Of a stretch of 64,000 nt of DNA, positions 15,531 to 30,184 are shown piece by piece. A program made the translations under genes and the position numbers. A model generated the notes under the pieces. The model was not told the origin of the DNA. It made no database searches and saw only the letters and a list, made by a program, of their open reading frames with translations. Every line of letters starts with the position of its first letter. The first letter of the stretch is position 1. This stretch comes from the human T2T-CHM13v2.0 reference genome, Homo sapiens. The DNA lies in assembly GCF_009914755.1 (NCBI RefSeq), contig NC_060929.1. One strand, written 5' to 3'.

Positions 15531-16031
15531 CATAAGACAATTCATTTCAGTTCTCAGCTCTAGAGCAGCACCCAGCTCCTCGAGGGCCGTTCCTTATCCT
15601 CCATTCACTGCCCCAGCCCACAGGGGCTTACAGGGGCTTCCCTTGCCCTTCCACCACCAGCGTGACTTTTGACCTCTAGACCCCAGGCTCCTTCTTTCTC
15701 CTTGATAGTTTTTCCAGTTCCGTCACTCGACCCCCATTTTTCTAATTCTGTTTCACAAACATTTGACCAAAAGACCACACTTTTCCCTGAGGCCCAGGGC
15801 AGCCTAGCGGCTACCACCTCCCAAAATGATCTCTCTTTGTGAGAGGGTGGGTGGGAGCTGGGGGCTGACCTAGACCTTCTCAGGATCACACATTCAGCCC
15901 TGTGCCCTCCCTTCACATTTTGTTGACCTTATAATCTCTCCTGCTCAGGGTTTCTCTGGGCTTATACTGAGCGCTGGGTCCTTGACCCTTTGGACCAATC
16001 AATGACCCAGGGCTATGAATTCTCATAGAGT

Positions 16032-16653
16032 TGATACAGGAGTTATTAAGAAATAATTTTTAGGCAGATAGTAAGGTTCTCGGTGGAATTTTTCCTGTAA
16101 TAAGAAACAACCCCTGAACCATCTCTTTCCTAACAGAAAATGTGGCTTGAAGGGCCAGGCCAGCAAGCTTTGATATGCCAATGCAGGCCCGTAAAAACTG
16201 GGCTCACTTAATATGGCGATTCCTGCCATCTTTTCCTTGTCACCAGGTGTACCAAATGTCATGGCCACCTCCAGATAACACCATGGGTTCAGAACATCAT
16301 GGCGGCCCGCATTTGCATACTAAAGGGCTAAGGTGGGAGGGCCAGGCTTTTTGCGGGCTAGGTAAATGACACATCTGGTCAAACCAATCCCCTGGGCCCT
16401 ATGCAAACCAGACACCACCTCCTCCAGCATCGCAATATAAGCAGCCAATTTTCTGTGCACACGGGGTTTTCTCTTTGTTCGAATCCGCCCTCCCTCTGTG
16501 TCTGTACTGGAGAGCCACTTTCTTCTTCCTTCCTTGTTTCTTGCCTATTAAACTTTTTGCTCCTTAAAACCACTCCACGTGTGTTCATGTCATTAATCCT
16601 ATTGGCTCGAGACCAAGAACCCTGGTGTTCCTCCAGTCATCAGAGCTGTATCA
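16032..16653 (+). mobile_element. ERV1-class solo LTR (MER61-like), 622 bp
   Basis: Termini TGATACA...TGTATCA with 4-bp TSD GAGT; subfamily from recall only. Confidence 0.8.
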
Positions 16654-17585
16654 GAGTTAATGTAAAATTAAATTCTGAAAAAACTTAGAAACAGTCTTAT
16701 ATGAATTTTAAAGCATTTTAAACATGAAATTTGAGTCCCTCAATATTTTTTGTTTACAATGATAGAATTTTCTACCATCTCAGAATATATATTTTTACCT
16801 GAGTTTTCTACCTTTTTGTTAATTTCTGATTTTTAAAAAATATTCAGCTGCCTTGTAAGAATGAGAAGAAATACTGGAGCACGATCATAAATAATAATCT
16901 TTTTAAGCCTAAGAGCCTTGCAACACCAAATTTGGCTAAGCAAGTTCTAAAGAGAGTTACTGAGTAACCACTGTCCTCAGGCAGGCTGGCCTGGAACTCG
17001 AGAGTGCTTTTTCCTTCCTCCTCCCAAGTGGAAGTATCTTGCTTTTGCCTTTACTTTTCATAAATTTAAGGCTGAGGAAAAATGCAACATCCTCAGCTTC
17101 AGTTTCCATAAAATTAAAATTTATATAGGCAATTTTCATTTTCCTCAAAATCTCTTGTCTAATTCTCTCCCCATTGTCAAGCCTGAGTCACTGAACACAC
17201 CATTGTTTTTGGGGCTTCTGTCCCATTGGTTGGAAGAGGACTAGGGTTGGTTTTCTAAATTTAGTGACTTCCTCTGAGGAGTGGATGGCCTTTGAGGCAA
17301 TGAAGCCATTCTAGTTTAAAGTAACTACATACCAAAATCCCTGAGAAGCCACCTGGTAGAACCCTGATTGCAATGCTGCAGTGCCCAGGCGAGGTTAAAA
17401 TGCTTTCTTTGACTAGACGGAAAGCAAAAGTTAAGAAAATTCCTTAGCAAGAACTCAGATATAAAGATTATGTACAAAAGCTAATAGGCGCTATTAAGTA
17501 TGCCTGGGCATTTTGCTAAGCTGCACATCACCACCACCACCAACAACAACAATAACAAAACCTTCTCTTTTATAACCCTCACAAT

Positions 17586-17873
17586 TTGTGTTTGTTTGTT
17601 TTGAGATAGAGTCTCACTCCATTGCCCAGGTGATCTCTGTTCACTTCAGCTTCTGCCTCCCAGGTTCAAGGGTTTCTCTTGCCTCAGCCTCCCGAGTAGC
17701 TGGGGTTACAGGCACCCGCCATCACACCCGGTTAATTTTTGTATTTTTAGTAGAGACAGGGTTTCACCATGTTGGCCGGGCTGGTCTTGAACTCCTGGCC
17801 TCAAGTGATCCACCTGCCTTGGCCTCCCAAAGTGCTAGGATTACAGGTGTGAGCCACAGCTCCCAGCCTGGCC
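17586..17873 (-). mobile_element. AluS with a small right-arm deletion
   Basis: Antisense Alu with (TTTG)n tail. Confidence 0.9.
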
Positions 17874-18569
17874 CTCACGACTTTTAATGAATGTGGTAAG
17901 AAAGACTGATCTTGTATAGCACCTTAGTAGGCATTGGGTGGCCCTACACTGCTAGAGGGTGTCCTTGTAAACATATTTGTTGTTTGTAACTTACTTTTTT
18001 GTTGTTGTTCACAAATGTCATTTGCTCAGACATCCAAAGAAGATGGGCTACCATTCGCTCTTACTTTTTGTGTGTCTTCTAACACTCTCTCCAAAATATA
18101 ATAGTTGCTTAGGAAATGTCTGTTGAATGTAACAGAACACAGCGGGGAACACAAAGTCACTGGTCTCCAAGTGGATGGTATTGACTGTTTGGGCCCAGAT
18201 ACCCATTTGTGCTTGGGGCCCAGGGAACTTGGCCAGAGGGCTCAGGGGAGAGGCCTAGGGGACACCAACATCAGTGGAAGGGTGAGGCACCACCTCAAGG
18301 GACTTCACAGGCAGGACCTCAGGGAGGGGCAAGTGTGAAAGGACAGGAGGTCCATGGGAGGCATCCCAGAAATAACTTCAGGAGACATTGGGGCCTGGTT
18401 TGGGAGCAGGCAAGAGGTGTTTGCATGAAGTCCATAAGCTGGTGAGGCCTGAGGAAATGGAAGTATTAGTTATTATTTCAATATCACCATTTATTGTGCT
18501 CTTACTGAGGGGCAGACATTCTGCGTACATGACTTCCTTCAGAAGAGCTGATATGGCACAGGAAAGTGG

Positions 18570-18990
18570 TCTGGTGGGCTGGTTGAGCATGTGATGAAGC
18601 CAGACTGCACAGGCAAATTCACATCCCAGCTCCACCCCTTACTGTGCGACCTCTGACAGGTAAAGTGACCTCTCTCTGGACTTTATCTGCTCATTATAAC
18701 ATGCAGCTAATGGACTATTAACCCCATAGTGTCACTGGGAGGAGTAAATGAGGTCATACGCATTCAGTGCTGAAACCAGTGCCTTGCACAGAGTTAGCAC
18801 TCTGCAAGTATAACCACTCTTATTATCTCTATCATTTTATTGTCCCAGCAATCCAGTGACCAGGGGCTTTGCATGTCTGTATTCTAAAATGAGTACAGTG
18901 AGTAATAGCCTAAGGTCACATGGTTAATAAGTGGCAGAGCTGGGAAGAACTAGGACCTGACTCCAAAGCTCACATACCCTACTGACTAGC
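18570..18990. mobile_element. Two MIR fragments in opposite orientations
   Basis: cccagctccacccttact...gtgacctctct core; cctaaggtcacatggttaataagtggcagagctggga core. Confidence 0.6.
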
Positions 18991-19679
18991 AAACAGCCTC
19001 CACAAGCATTCTAAGAAAAATGTACAATAATCCAGCAAACACGGAAGTCAATGTCCTCCTTTGAGGATGCTGTTGCATTGCTGTCTTTGGGCAATGTGAG
19101 GGAGGCTGGGCATGTTGCCGGGAGACACATTCTTTTAGGTGACTTGCAAGGCTGACTCTCCAAGGTCAAGGAGTTATTAAGGTCATCCTCCCTCCCCACT
19201 TTCCTTCCCACCTCTGAGGAAACTATTCCAAAGTCTGACCTGATTAGGATTCTTCAAATGTTGTGACTTGTTAACACACCAACCTTGTGGTTAATATTTG
19301 ACTTAACCCAAAACAGATAATAGGAAAAAACAGCATGCTTGGTAAGAAGTGTTTGGGGAGAATGGAGAGCTGGTTGCATGGCCCATTCAGCCGCAGGGAA
19401 GCCAGAGAGTGAGGTTTCTCTGTTAATCATCTTTAATTTTAATTTAATTAGTTAATTTAATTTTCATTATCCTTAATTCTTATAATAAAAAGCCAGACTA
19501 CAGAGATTTGCTTACCTACAGTCACACAGTTGGGAAATCACCTAACTGGGATTTGAATTCAGTCCACGTGGCTTCTAAACCATGAAAGGAGCAGGAATTT
19601 TAGATTCTAGGGCCAGTTCCTGTTAGGAGCTGAGCAGCTTAAACATTCCCTCATTGAAGAAAATATACTTCAGTAAAGT

Positions 19680-19765
19680 TGTAGAAAAAGGAAGAAAGAG
19701 AGAAGAGAGGAAAGAAAGAAAGGAGGAAGAGAGGGCATGAGAGAAGGAAGGGAGGAAGAAAAGTA
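19680..19765 (+). repeat. GA-rich low-complexity tract
   Basis: Near-pure purine run of gaaa/ggaa/gaga units. Confidence 0.8.
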
Positions 19766-20318
19766 TAGGTAGCTAGAAAAATGCGTTCTGACTGGTTCTG
19801 TAACCACTGTAGACCAGTGATGTGTTCAAAGCAAGGCCAGCAAAACTGGATAAAAATGGAAAAATTTTGTTTCTGGGCAAATGCTTCTCACACCCTCTCG
19901 TGATCTTCTTCTGAATTTATTACCCACCGTGACACCCACAATACAGCCTTGTGACACGGAATTCTACAATCCATGAAGAGCAAGTGCACCTTTTTGTGTT
20001 TGCTTTTGCTAACTGCTTGCTGCAGTTAGCAGGTCCTAGAATTTATGATTTTCCAGGAGAGTTCAATCTTAACGATGCCATTTATACAGTTGTCGTTGCT
20101 TGGGACTGTATTGATAAATCAGCTCTAACAGCTCTTAGCACAGACTTTGGTCTATAATGATGCTTGAATTGAACCAGGAGATGAAGACTCTGATGGACTT
20201 TGTGTCATTATTGAGAAACTTGGGACTTACGCCAAGTTATTAGCTGAAACCGTAAATAAGTTACAGAATGCTGACAGAAGAAATGCCAGACATTGACATG
20301 ATGCACCCATTCAGCATC

Positions 20319-20683
20319 TGTCTTAGGCTGTTGGAGCTGCTATAACAAAATACCATAGACTGGGTAGCTTATAAACAACAGAAATATATTTCCCATAGTT
20401 CCGAAGGCTGGGAAGTCCAAGACCAAGTTCCTGGCTGCTTCAGTGTCTGAAGAGAACACATTTACTGGCTTGTAGATGGTGCCTTCTCACTGTGTCCTCA
20501 CATGGTAGAAAGGACAAACTAGCCCTCTGGGTCCTCTTTAAAAGGGCACTAATCCCATTCATGAGGGCTCCACCATTATGACCTAATCACCTCCCACAAG
20601 GTCCCACTTCCTAATACCATCACCTTAGGGGTTAGGATTTCAACATATGAATTTAGGAGGGGCACAAACATTCAGGCCATAAG
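20319..20683 (-). mobile_element. MaLR LTR (MLT1A/MST-like)
   Basis: gctgctataacaaaataccatagactgggtagcttataaacaacagaaat...aggatttcaacatatgaattt. Confidence 0.85.
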
Positions 20684-20971
20684 AGCATTCCTTGCATGAA
20701 ATGGTGTTAACTGTGGAAAAGCAAGTGAGAGCGGCAAAGGGGAGAGAAGTCAAAGCACAAAATATTAGCATTTCCAGTGCTTGTGACCCTTAAAATGAAT
20801 TGAGAGAGGTGCTTCTTGAAAAAAGGATAGGTAAAATCTTTGAGATATAATGGGTACTTAGTCACTACTTTGGAAATTCACAATGCATGTAACATATTAA
20901 AGGCTCTGGCAAGTTCCAAGGTCAAGCTTCCAGCCCAGCAGTCTTCACAAGCCTGTGTGAATGTCTGCTAA

Positions 20972-21683
<712 letters not shown>

Positions 21684-22124
21684 GAAATATCTACTTCTAA
21701 CATGTTGCAGATACTAATTCCACAGTACTTCCAGAGTGTCTCAAGTGTAAGACTGGATTAGGAGCCCTGATTGAGCTCATCTGCTGCATGACTCCACATG
21801 ACTGATGCCCTCTTCATCCCTCTAAGCTGGAGGTGCCTCTCGGGGATGCTGTTTTCCATCCATCCTCTGTTACCCTTTCCTATATCTCAGCAAAGGGAAA
21901 GAGGTAAATATTTTAAATGCTTTTGGGGTTTAATGAGGCTAAGAGTATCTGTTTTTAAAGTTTATCAGATAAAAGGCATAGACTCTAAAAATGAGCACAA
22001 GTCCTGCAGGCCAGCATCGTATAGCCCAGCGTTTCCAAACTCATGGAGCCCATTTTTTCATGTAACATTTGCTGATGTGCCATGGACCCAGTGTTCTGAG
22101 ACAGCTACTCTGGAGACTCTGAGC

Positions 22125-22279
22125 TGGAGTAGCTGGGATTACAGGCATGCACCACCATGCCGGCTAATTTTTGTACTTTTAGTAGAGATGGGTTTTCGCC
22201 ATGTTAGCCAGGCTGGTCTTGAATTCCTGACCTCAGGCAACCTCAAGCGATCCACCTGCCTTGGCCTCCCAAAGTGCTG
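22125..22279 (-). mobile_element. Alu fragment
   Basis: Linker plus left arm only. Confidence 0.85.
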
Positions 22280-22779
22280 TATATAGCCTCTTTAAGTGCC
22301 TGGGAAACGCTGCTAAGGATTCCTTATACACTGACCTCGGCAGGAGTAGACCATTATTTGGTATTATCCTCACATGGCAGTGATTTGCTAGATTCTCTGT
22401 AAGTAGGAAACTTCAGAACTACCAGTGTCAGCCACCTCTTTGGTTCAGGGCAGTAATTTTCAACATTTCCAAGCTTGTAGACCCCTTTTTTTTTGCCATA
22501 GTAAAAGATGGGGCCGACCACAGCCTCTCCACATATTCTGGTGTGTTTTTGCCATCAACTGAAAAAGCAGAATTGGTCAAAAGCTACTATGAATGCTGGA
22601 ATACTGTTTTTAAAAAAGTAAATTAAATATTTTGAATAGATAATTATATGTACATGGCAGTTATCCTTGAACTGAGTTTATATTTTATTCCTTGCTGCTG
22701 CCGCCACACAGAAAATAAACCAGGAAAAACTTCTAACTGGGTAAATCAGCTGTTCACCTTTATCGAAATATTGGAAAAG

Positions 22780-23185
<406 letters not shown>

Positions 23186-25129
23186 TCACCAGAGTTCTAC
23201 AGTGCACAGCGGCTCAATCAGAGGAGAAAAAGTCCTTGTACTAAAGCTCATGCTCCTTAGTGGGGATCACTTATCCCTCACTTACCAAATTCCTGTAAAG
23301 GAGGAGAGATTTTTCTTCTCCTTCCAGCTCAAGGAGTGTTGAAGGGGCGCTTTGCATCCTTTGCTCCTTTTCTCACTTGGAGGAGGAGGATTCCTCTGGT
23401 TAGATTAAGGACAGTCTATCTGCCACTGGGCCACACCTTCACACAGGGGTGGGGAAACGGACTCAAAAATAACCTAAGGTGTGGCCGCCCCTCCCTTGTG
23501 CTGCCAGCTAAAGGCTTCCTGGATGGAGAGGAGAACTAGGGCTCCTTGGTTTTCCTGTGGTTTACCTGTCTGGAGATGCCCACACTGTTCCCTTTCTGGG
23601 GGCAGCTGTCCCTGCCACCCCCTGAACTTTTTAATCACACAGTGACTGATTTGATGAGGCTAAAGGAGATCTTCTATGCAGGGGGCTGGATGAAGGCACC
23701 CAGAGTCAGCTCTACACAAGGGTCGCATTCTAGATGTCGGGGGACAGCCCCCGTGGCCACAGGTTCCAGCCGTGCTCTTTAATTCTGTCTTCCCAGGAGT
23801 TGCTGGTCCTCCATTCCCAGAGTGGGTCCTTTGGTCCCCATTTAACACATCTGGCTAGAACCCTGGGCAGACTGTGTTAAAGATCATCCACACTCAGTTC
23901 TCAAGGATGACTTAATAATGGGAGGAAGCGCAAAATCTCCACCCCATAAACAGCTTGTAATTTTACATATGAAATGTTTTAAGTTTCACAAGGCACACAA
24001 GAGAATAGGAAGGAGGCATCTCTTCTTGCTTCTGAGAAAGCTCAGCTGCAGGTCCCCAGAGGCTTGAGCCCCGCCAACTAGGAGGGAGGAGTTGAGTGCG
24101 CTGGAAGAGTCTGTAAAAAACCCCAGAGCCCCAGCTTGCACGATGTTCTGTGCCGTCATTGGCTCTCCTAGTTCCCCTCTCTCTCCTACCTTCAGCTCTA
24201 CACAGCTCACCAGAAAAGTCGCCTGGAGACAGGAAGTATAAACTCGTGCATAAATATAGACCCATTTTAAAATATCCCTTGTGCTTAAAGGGACCAGGCC
24301 AGAATTCTCTTCCCCTAATGAGCAGGATTAAATTCTTCCCCTTCAAACATTCGGTGTATTTGGTAAGAAGACCCCTATTAATATAAGAAAGGAACTCTAA
24401 GTAAAATATCTCAGGATCCCAGTTCTTTACAATATTTCCCACGACCTGTGAACAATTATTATGGTGTAGTAAATTAGGGAGCATGGCTTTCTCTGGCAAC
24501 CAAATGTCAAGATAACGACCTAATAATACTCACTGGGGATATAAATAGTGTGGTCTGGGCCACATAGATCCATTTACCACCAGTTTAGGAATTTACCATC
24601 AGTTTAAGAATTTACCAGTTCTTTCTCCTTAAGGGGCATCTTTGGACAGCCTTGAATTGGAAGAAATGGCTGTCTGGAGTCTAGCCCAAAGGGCCAGGTT
24701 GGAGGAAGCAGAGAAGGTGGTTATTAAAATCAACAACATTCGCAGGAGATTGGATCACTTGCTTTCTTCAGTAAACAGAAAGAGTAGAGCTTTGGCTGTG
24801 AATTTTTTGGTGGTTAATTTTTGCTGTTTTTTTCTGCCAGCCCCTATTGCCAATCTCTCTCCATGTTCTTTGAAAGATCATTCTTTCTATCCTTGCAGAT
24901 CACACGGAATTACTCAGCAAGGAGCAGGGCAGAAAACAGGAGGTTACATGAGAGTCTACACACTGGCCAGGAAGCTGCCAAGTCCCTTTTCCCTGCTTGG
25001 CAGCCAGAACCCTGAGGATGAGGCCCAACCCCCAGCTGTGAAGCTGGAGAGACTGAATGGCTCAAAAGAAAAGGTGTCCAGGAACCAATAATTGGGGGAT
25101 CTCCCAGTGAGGCAACCAGATCTGTACCT

Positions 25130-25745
25130 GTTCATTTATTCTTTAATTTGTTCACTCAAGAAAGAGCCTACTATCTGCCAAGCAGTCTTGATGCTGCAGA
25201 TACAGCGGTAAATAGACACCAATCCCTGACCTCAAGGCACTTATATTCTAATAGTGAAGAGACAGTAAACTAAATAAATCATACCATATATTAAAAGATA
25301 GACTGGGTGTGGTGGCTCACGCCTCTAATCTCAGCACTTTGGGAGGCCAAAGCAGGTGGATCACTTGAGCTCAGGAGTGTTGATCAGCCTGGGCAACAAG
25401 ATGAAACCCTGTCTCTACCAAAAATACAAAAAATTAGGTGAGCCTCCATGGAGGTGTGCATCTGTGGTCCCAGCTACTCAGGAGGCTGAGGTGGGAGAAT
25501 CGCTTGAACGTGGGAGGATTGCTTGAGCCCAGGAGGCAGAGGTTGCAGTGAGCTGAGATTGTGCCACTGCACTCCAGCCTGGATGACAGAGTAAGACCCC
25601 ATCTCAAAAAAAAGATAAATGCTATAGAAAAAAATAAATAAATTGAAAAAGAGGGATAGGGAATGCTAAGTGAAAGTGAAAGGGAGAGTGTTAGATAGGG
25701 GGATGGGGGATCCCTTGCTGAGAAGGTGACATTTGAACAAAGACG
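25130..25745 (-). mobile_element. L2 fragment containing a + strand Alu (25301-25613)
   Basis: L2 motifs ttcatttattc...tactatctgcca...ccctgacctcaagg...aggtgacatttgaacaaagac; Alu TSD aaaagata. Confidence 0.7.
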
Positions 25746-25934
25746 CTCTCGATGGTGAAGCTATCCGTTGGCAAGCCTAATCTATGCACACAAGTCTTCC
25801 AGTCAGTTTTTTTAGTGCCTCATTCTTTAAATATTTACAGATAGTCAGATCTCCAGACATTTGAGGAAGGCTTTCAAATGTAAAACAGAGAAAGAAAATT
25901 GGGGCTCAGAGGAAAAACAATAAAAAAGAGAAAG

Positions 25935-26241
25935 CTGCAGTTTGCTAACTTTCTTTCTATAGCCATTCTCCCCTTCTTTTGATATAGATCTCCTCGAGTT
26001 TTAGTGAGTTTTAGTTAGGTAAGAGGCTTCCCAGGCAGGGGCCCCTCTGCCTAGCCTACCCCGCAGCTGGTGGGGCTATGGCATTAAGTTCTGGCTAATG
26101 GGATGTGAGCAGAAGTGGTACATAGGACCCCTGGGTCAGTCATGAACCCTTGGAGCAAATGCCACCTGCCTGCCTCTGGAATTTTTTTGATAAAGAAGCT
26201 TCTATCAGGCATTATATCTTTGTTATAGCAGCCTAGCATGT
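25935..26241 (+). mobile_element. MLT1-type LTR whose last ~15 bp lie beyond the LTR5 (27232-27246)
   Basis: ttctggctaatgggatgtgagcagaagtg...tttgttatagcagcc, resuming as attctaactcataca. Confidence 0.6.
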
Positions 26242-27226
26242 TGTGGGGGAAAGAAAGATAGACTGTTACTGTGTCTATGTAGAAAAAGGAAGACATAAGA
26301 AACTCCATTTTGATCTGTACTAAGAAAAATTCTTCTGCCTTGAGATGCTGTTAATCTGTAACCCTAACCCCAACCGTGTGCTCGCAGAAACATGTGCTGT
26401 GGTGACTCAAGGTTTAATGGATTTAGGGCTGTGCAGGATGTGCTTTGTTAAAAATGTGTTTGCAGACAGTATGCTTGGTAAAAGTCATCACCATTCTCCA
26501 GTCTCCAGTACCCAGGGACATAGTGCACTGCGGAAGGCCGCAGGGACCTCTGCCCAAGAAAGCCTGGGTATTGTCCAAGGTTTCCCCCACTGAGACAGCC
26601 TGAGATATGGCCTCGTGGGAAGGGAAAGACCTGACTGTCCCCCAGCCCGACACCTGTAAAGGGTCTGTGCTGAGGAGGATTAGTGAAAGAGGAAGGCCTC
26701 TTTGCAGTTGAGATAAGAGGAAGGCATCTGTCTCCTGCTCATCCCTGGGAATGGAATGTCTTGGTGTAAAACCCGATCGTACATTCTATTTACTGAGATA
26801 GGAGAAAACCGCCTTATGGCTGGAGGTGAGACATGCTGGCGGCGATACTGCTCTTTACTGCACTGAGATGTTTGCGTAAAGTCAAACGTAAATCTGGCCT
26901 ACATGCACATCGAGGCACAGCATGTTTCCTTAAACTTATTTATGACACAGAGTCCTTTGCTCACATGTTTTCCTGCTGACCCTCTCCCCACCACTACCCT
27001 ATAGTCCTGCCACATCTCCCTCGTAGAGATGGTAGAGATAGTGATCAATAAATACTGAGGGAACTCAGAGACCAGCGCCAGCTTGGGTCCTCCGTATGCT
27101 GAGCGCCAGTCCCCTGGGCCCACTTTTCTTCCTCTATACTTTGTCTCTGTGTCTTATTTCTTTTCTCAGTCTCTCATCCCACCTGACGAGAAATACCCAC
27201 AGGTGTAGAGGGGCTGGCCCCCTTCA
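26242..27226 (+). mobile_element. HERV-K(HML-2) solo LTR (LTR5B/LTR5A-like), 985 bp
   Basis: TGTGGGG...CCCTTCA termini; TSD catgt; characteristic gcggaaggccgcagggacctctgcc and cccagcccgacacc motifs; AATAAA at 27047. Confidence 0.93.
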
Positions 27227-28020
27227 CATGTATTCTAACTCATACATGTGGGCTACAGGAAAGAGGAGACCCAACATAGGAGAGAAAAAGGGAATCCCCA
27301 GAATGACAGTGAAGGGAGATCCCAGATAGAGAACTCTGCCTGCCTCAGGACAGAGGGCAGCAGTCCAGATTGGAGCAGTGTAATTTTCCATGTTGAGGGT
27401 TCTCTGTAGTTGTATAGTTTTTAACTTGAGGACAGAAAGCTGAAATGGGCCTGAAGCAGATCCTTATCTGTACTTGGCTTGCCTGGTGCCGATGACATTT
27501 CCGTTCTCCCTGCTACACAGCTGGCCAGCTGAGGAGGTGTGGGTGTGCTTTGATCTCCTCCTGAAAGCTGGGGGCAGGGACATGCTGAGCTTAGAAGCAG
27601 AAAATGCAGAGCAGCCCTCTGCCGTTACCATATTTCTGGGGGACACCCCGTTCTTGGCTCACACAATAGCCTCCCTGATCGTGGGGTGCCGTGTTTCCAA
27701 GGACTCACTCAGCACCACTTCTGCTTCCCCAGAAGAGGCTCTGGAAAACTTCCAAGGGATGCCGAAGCCAGTCTATAACTCAGAGTCAATGTTCAGTTTA
27801 CCTGTTCTTGGGATTGTTCGTCTAATTGTGATATCACCTTTTTCTTACACAGCTAGGTCGGTGTTATTGTTTTTCAAAAGTAAAATGTATTGCTTAGAGA
27901 TATTATAAGGAGTAAAACTATAAAGTATCAGAATGATTACAAGAAAAATGAAGTAGTGGTTACCTCTATGGAGGGATGGAGAGAGGGAATACCCTTGGGG
28001 AGGGGCACACGGCCCTGTAA

Positions 28021-28470
<450 letters not shown>

Positions 28471-28820
28471 ACCTTTGGGTACTTCTGAATTTGGCAGGAG
28501 ACCAATACAGATGATTAACTACAACATAGCCTGATAAGAGCTGTAGAGTATCTACATGCACAGTGTTTTTGAATTCCAGAAGAGGGAACGATGATTTTTC
28601 AGTCAAAAGGCCATGAGAGGAGAGAGAAAATATAGGGGAAATGATCTGTAAATCAGGCCTTGAACGAGGAGGAGTTTCAAAGTAAAACAAAGAAGAAAAG
28701 GCATCTCAGGAGAAAGAAACACAATGAACATGGACAAAGAAGTGTGAAAGTGCAGGCAAGTGGTCCAGAGTGGATCAGATACTATAACCTCCGGTGGGAG
28801 GGCTTTCATATTGTGCAGTG

Positions 28821-28885
28821 TGTAAACTGAACAATTATCCATAGCAATCCTGGTGTAAACTGAACAATTATCATAGCAATCCTGG
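28821..28885. repeat. Tandem duplication, 33 + 32 bp
   Basis: tgtaaactgaacaattatc(c)atagcaatcctgg twice. Confidence 0.95.
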
Positions 28886-29074
28886 TTGAAGGGAGTGGTT
28901 AGGGCCCACAAAAGAAAGAAGCGAGAAGTACAAGGGCCTTAAGTGGGAAATGGCAAAAAGGAATATGAAATGAAAAAGACTGTTATTAAACCCTAAGCAT
29001 TATTCAGTAAGCCAGGGCTGGCATTTATTTCAATATGAAATTTCAAAATTATATCAGCCATTTGTACTCAGTGA

Positions 29075-30184
29075 GTGACAGCAGCACGTGTCTTTATTTA
29101 TAATGGCAGGGCCAAATATAAACACAGTTTTAAGTTAGTGTATTTCGCATAACATTCCTTAATGTCTTGAGAACATGGAAATGAATTGGACAAAAATCAC
29201 TGAATCATCTATAGGTTTTTTTTATTAGAAAAGAAATTAAGTGTTGTCACTAGAGATTGAAGGAAATTAACAATCTTACAATTCTAGAACAGGCAAACTT
29301 CATGATAAGGGATTCTTAAGTTTTCAAAGTGTAGGAGCTCTTTCACAGATACACTCTTGGTGTAGGGGGCTGTAAGTTTTATCAGATGTTTTACATTTCA
29401 TGCTTTAATCTTTGCTGGTAGTCTAAATAAAATAAATACACAGTGTTCAGGATTATCTGGATAGCCATCTTAAATAACAGAGTGTTCCGCATGACCACAG
29501 CCTCTGCACTTGTGCCTCTGATCCATATGACACCAAGACCAACTATGCTTTTCATATGATTTCTCCAATTGGGTCCTGTGACCTTTCACAGAATTGTTGA
29601 ACATTTCCTATGAGATCTGTGGAGGACAAGGTGGAGAACACTGGTTCAGAGCAGTGATTTTCAAGGTGGGATGGGATGGGGTGGAGTTGAGTGGAGAGAT
29701 GCATGTAGTTAGAAAGAACACATTCAAAATACCCACTGATTTCATAATACAAACTCCATAAAGTCAAGCAGCAAAATGATTTTAGCTAATGGGCAGTAGC
29801 AGATAACCAACTGTGGATTCATCATTGTGGAGAAGGAGTCTGGATAAACATAGTTGAAAAACACTGGCTTAGAGGTAGAGACATGCCGACACATGGAGAA
29901 CAGTAAGAAACGCATGCCAAAGAGGACAATTGAGGGTCAGTGAGCGAATCCTGGGCCAGAACTTGTCACAGTCTTCTGAAAACCAAAGAGCACATCCAGA
30001 AGAAAACCAAGATGGCCCGTCAACCTTCTTGGCCCTGTGATTAAGAGCAAGTTGGTCCACTTTTAAATACTGAGCCAAAAGAGGAAAAAAGCTGTTTGTG
30101 CCCCCAAATTCATCCACCAGAAGTGCTGTCATCATTTGCAATGCCATCCAGCTCTTGAGGAGGGACGTCAGCATGGGGCCTGTT
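29075..30184 (-). other. GLRX: GLRX non-coding terminal exon (3'UTR), acceptors at 30184 (long form) and 29616 (short form)
   Basis: Minus-strand acceptors ctttctttcctggcag|AACAGG and cttgtcctccacag|ATCTCA. Poly(A) signals: ATTAAA (29409-29404) and AATAAA (29226-29221, 29098-29093). 3' end approximate. Confidence 0.8.

Noticed and set aside
16150-16190. p53 response element in the MER61-like LTR
   Set aside because: Only degenerate half-sites (cagcaagctt, tgatatgcca); the second lacks the core C, and the subfamily call is uncertain.
23963-25091. 178-aa and 149-aa ORFs between the genes
   Set aside because: No recognisable domain, non-ATG starts and no exon structure; within chance expectation.
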